Below are positions 37,169-38,339 of a DNA stretch of 38,339 nt, piece by piece. Position 1 is the first letter of the stretch. Each line of letters starts with the position of its first letter. Source of the stretch: Clostridia bacterium (GTDB taxonomy: Bacteria; Bacillota; Clostridia; Oscillospirales; CAG-272); NCBI GenBank assembly GCA_024404665.1, contig JAKSPQ010000003.1, positions 1 through 38,339 on the forward strand, written 5' to 3'. The translations under genes and the position numbers were made by a program. The notes under the pieces were generated by a model, which was given only the letters and a program-made list of their open reading frames with translations, was not told the DNA's origin and made no database searches.

Positions 37169-38339
37169 TTATTGATTTATTGATTCTGCCCAGAACAGAG
37201 TATCAATGGAATTGTAAAGGCAGGCAGAGTCCGTAAGATAATAACCAAATACATTATCATAATAATGGCAATTCATCAACACTGCCGAGTCAGAAATCGG
37301 GTCATATCCCGAAATACACACATAATGACCCTCTCCTGGTGAATACTTAAACGGAGCTCCGGCGGTCGATGTCAAGAAAAATGCTCCCCAACCAGTCTGC
37401 AAACTACTCCTTATTAATGATACAAACTTGTCCTTTGTATTTGTTTTTTCATATGAGTGAAAATCGGCAACACTTTGTAATGAAGTCCTGTAGTATCGAT
37501 AATTCAATTTATCAAAAGAGCCATCCGTAAAATTGGTTGTCCCATTAAGACGATTACAGATCTGGTACTGACTCATCCGTGCTCCGGGACCAATTCCATA
37601 AGCATGATTGCTATCTCCGACAACCATCGTCTGATCCCAAAGCGATGTCGAAGAAGTCAGGTTATGAGCAGTTCCCGCTCCGTACATAATCTGCAGGATC
37701 GTTGTGTATCCGCAATATGTTGTCCGCATCTGCTTTATCAGCGGTATGTTGATTCCTATCTCGTTTACATACCAAAGATTGGCAATGACTCTTGAAGAAG
37801 AATCACTGAGCGTCGATACTCCGCTTCCTGCAGTAGTGTTTTTCAGAGCTTTTACAGTCTGTGTACTTCCGCTTCCGCTTACATTTACTATCACATAGTA
37901 ATGCACGTTTGCTTCAGAAGTTGTCCCTCCGTTAAACAGTGTCGATCCTGCATCTATCAGATACCAATTAAGCCCGTTATCAGTGTTTGAAACATTTCCT
38001 GTTGCAGCAGCCGAAGCCGAAGGTATTCCCATCACCGGCTTCCTTCCGCTGAGTCCCCCTCCTACTAGATAAAGTGTGTTAGCCACGTCGCTTTGGTATG
38101 TCATTTCATATGATGAATAATCATGATGATTATACACATTCAAGTCTGTTTGAGGGGAGCATGGTTCAACCCCACGGTATTGCCCCGAACACAGTGTTGC
38201 TGTAATTCTCATTGCACCGTTGTTTCCGGCATCAAGCGTAAATATCTGCGATTTGTTTGTCCATTTGGCGGTATATGCCAGATTGCTTCCTGTTGCTCCT
38301 CCGGCTAAGCCTTCCACACTTATGTTATTGATTTGAACA
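37169..38339 (-). CDS. Protein with a C-terminal papain-like C39-family peptidase domain (5' partial)
   Basis: Frame is open to the window end. IPLIKQ....YCG (Gln/Cys), GHYVCISGYD (His) and a downstream V.MN strand. Confidence 0.7.
   Translation of the reverse strand, partial: VQINNISVEGLAGGATGSNLAYTAKWTNKSQIFTLDAGNNGAMRITATLCSGQYRGVEPCSPQTDLNVYNHHDYSSYEMTYQSDVANTLYLVGGGLSGRKPVMGIPSASAAATGNVSNTDNGLNWYLIDAGSTLFNGGTTSEANVHYYVIVNVSGSGSTQTVKALKNTTAGSGVSTLSDSSSRVIANLWYVNEIGINIPLIKQMRTTYCGYTTILQIMYGAGTAHNLTSSTSLWDQTMVVGDSNHAYGIGPGARMSQYQICNRLNGTTNFTDGSFDKLNYRYYRTSLQSVADFHSYEKTNTKDKFVSLIRSSLQTGWGAFFLTSTAGAPFKYSPGEGHYVCISGYDPISDSAVLMNCHYYDNVFGYYLTDSACLYNSIDTLFWAESINQ

Overview
This window looks like the chromosome of a moderately GC-rich Clostridia-type (Bacillota) bacterium; the taxonomy is inferred from gene content and order. 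The left end (1-7560) is accessory. It holds a flavodoxin / truncated aldo-keto reductase / cyclophilin-like / flavodoxin-lipoprotein cluster, udk, an MBOAT + SGNH O-acylation pair whose SGNH frame runs in-frame into a GNAT, a second GNAT with an attenuator-like leader, and a gene remnant. The middle (7633-28818) is a minus-strand housekeeping run: infC-rpmI-rplT, TrmH-family methylase, dprA, topA, trmFO, plsX, rnc, radical SAM, smc, ftsY, rdgB, yhbY, yqeK, LCP, rsfS, leuS. The most interesting region is 29030-30073. There an uncharacterised 170-aa helical protein gene is followed by a ~300-nt structured, ORF-less tract with eight degenerate 6-7-nt repeats enclosed by long-range helices, converging on a separate promoter-driven ~120-nt sRNA candidate. 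The right end has a lipoprotein, a YgiQ radical SAM, an M20 amidohydrolase, cdd, and an AT-rich pair encoding a C39-like peptidase and a sortase-anchored protein. All calls come from reading the sequence and recognising motifs; no searches were run.
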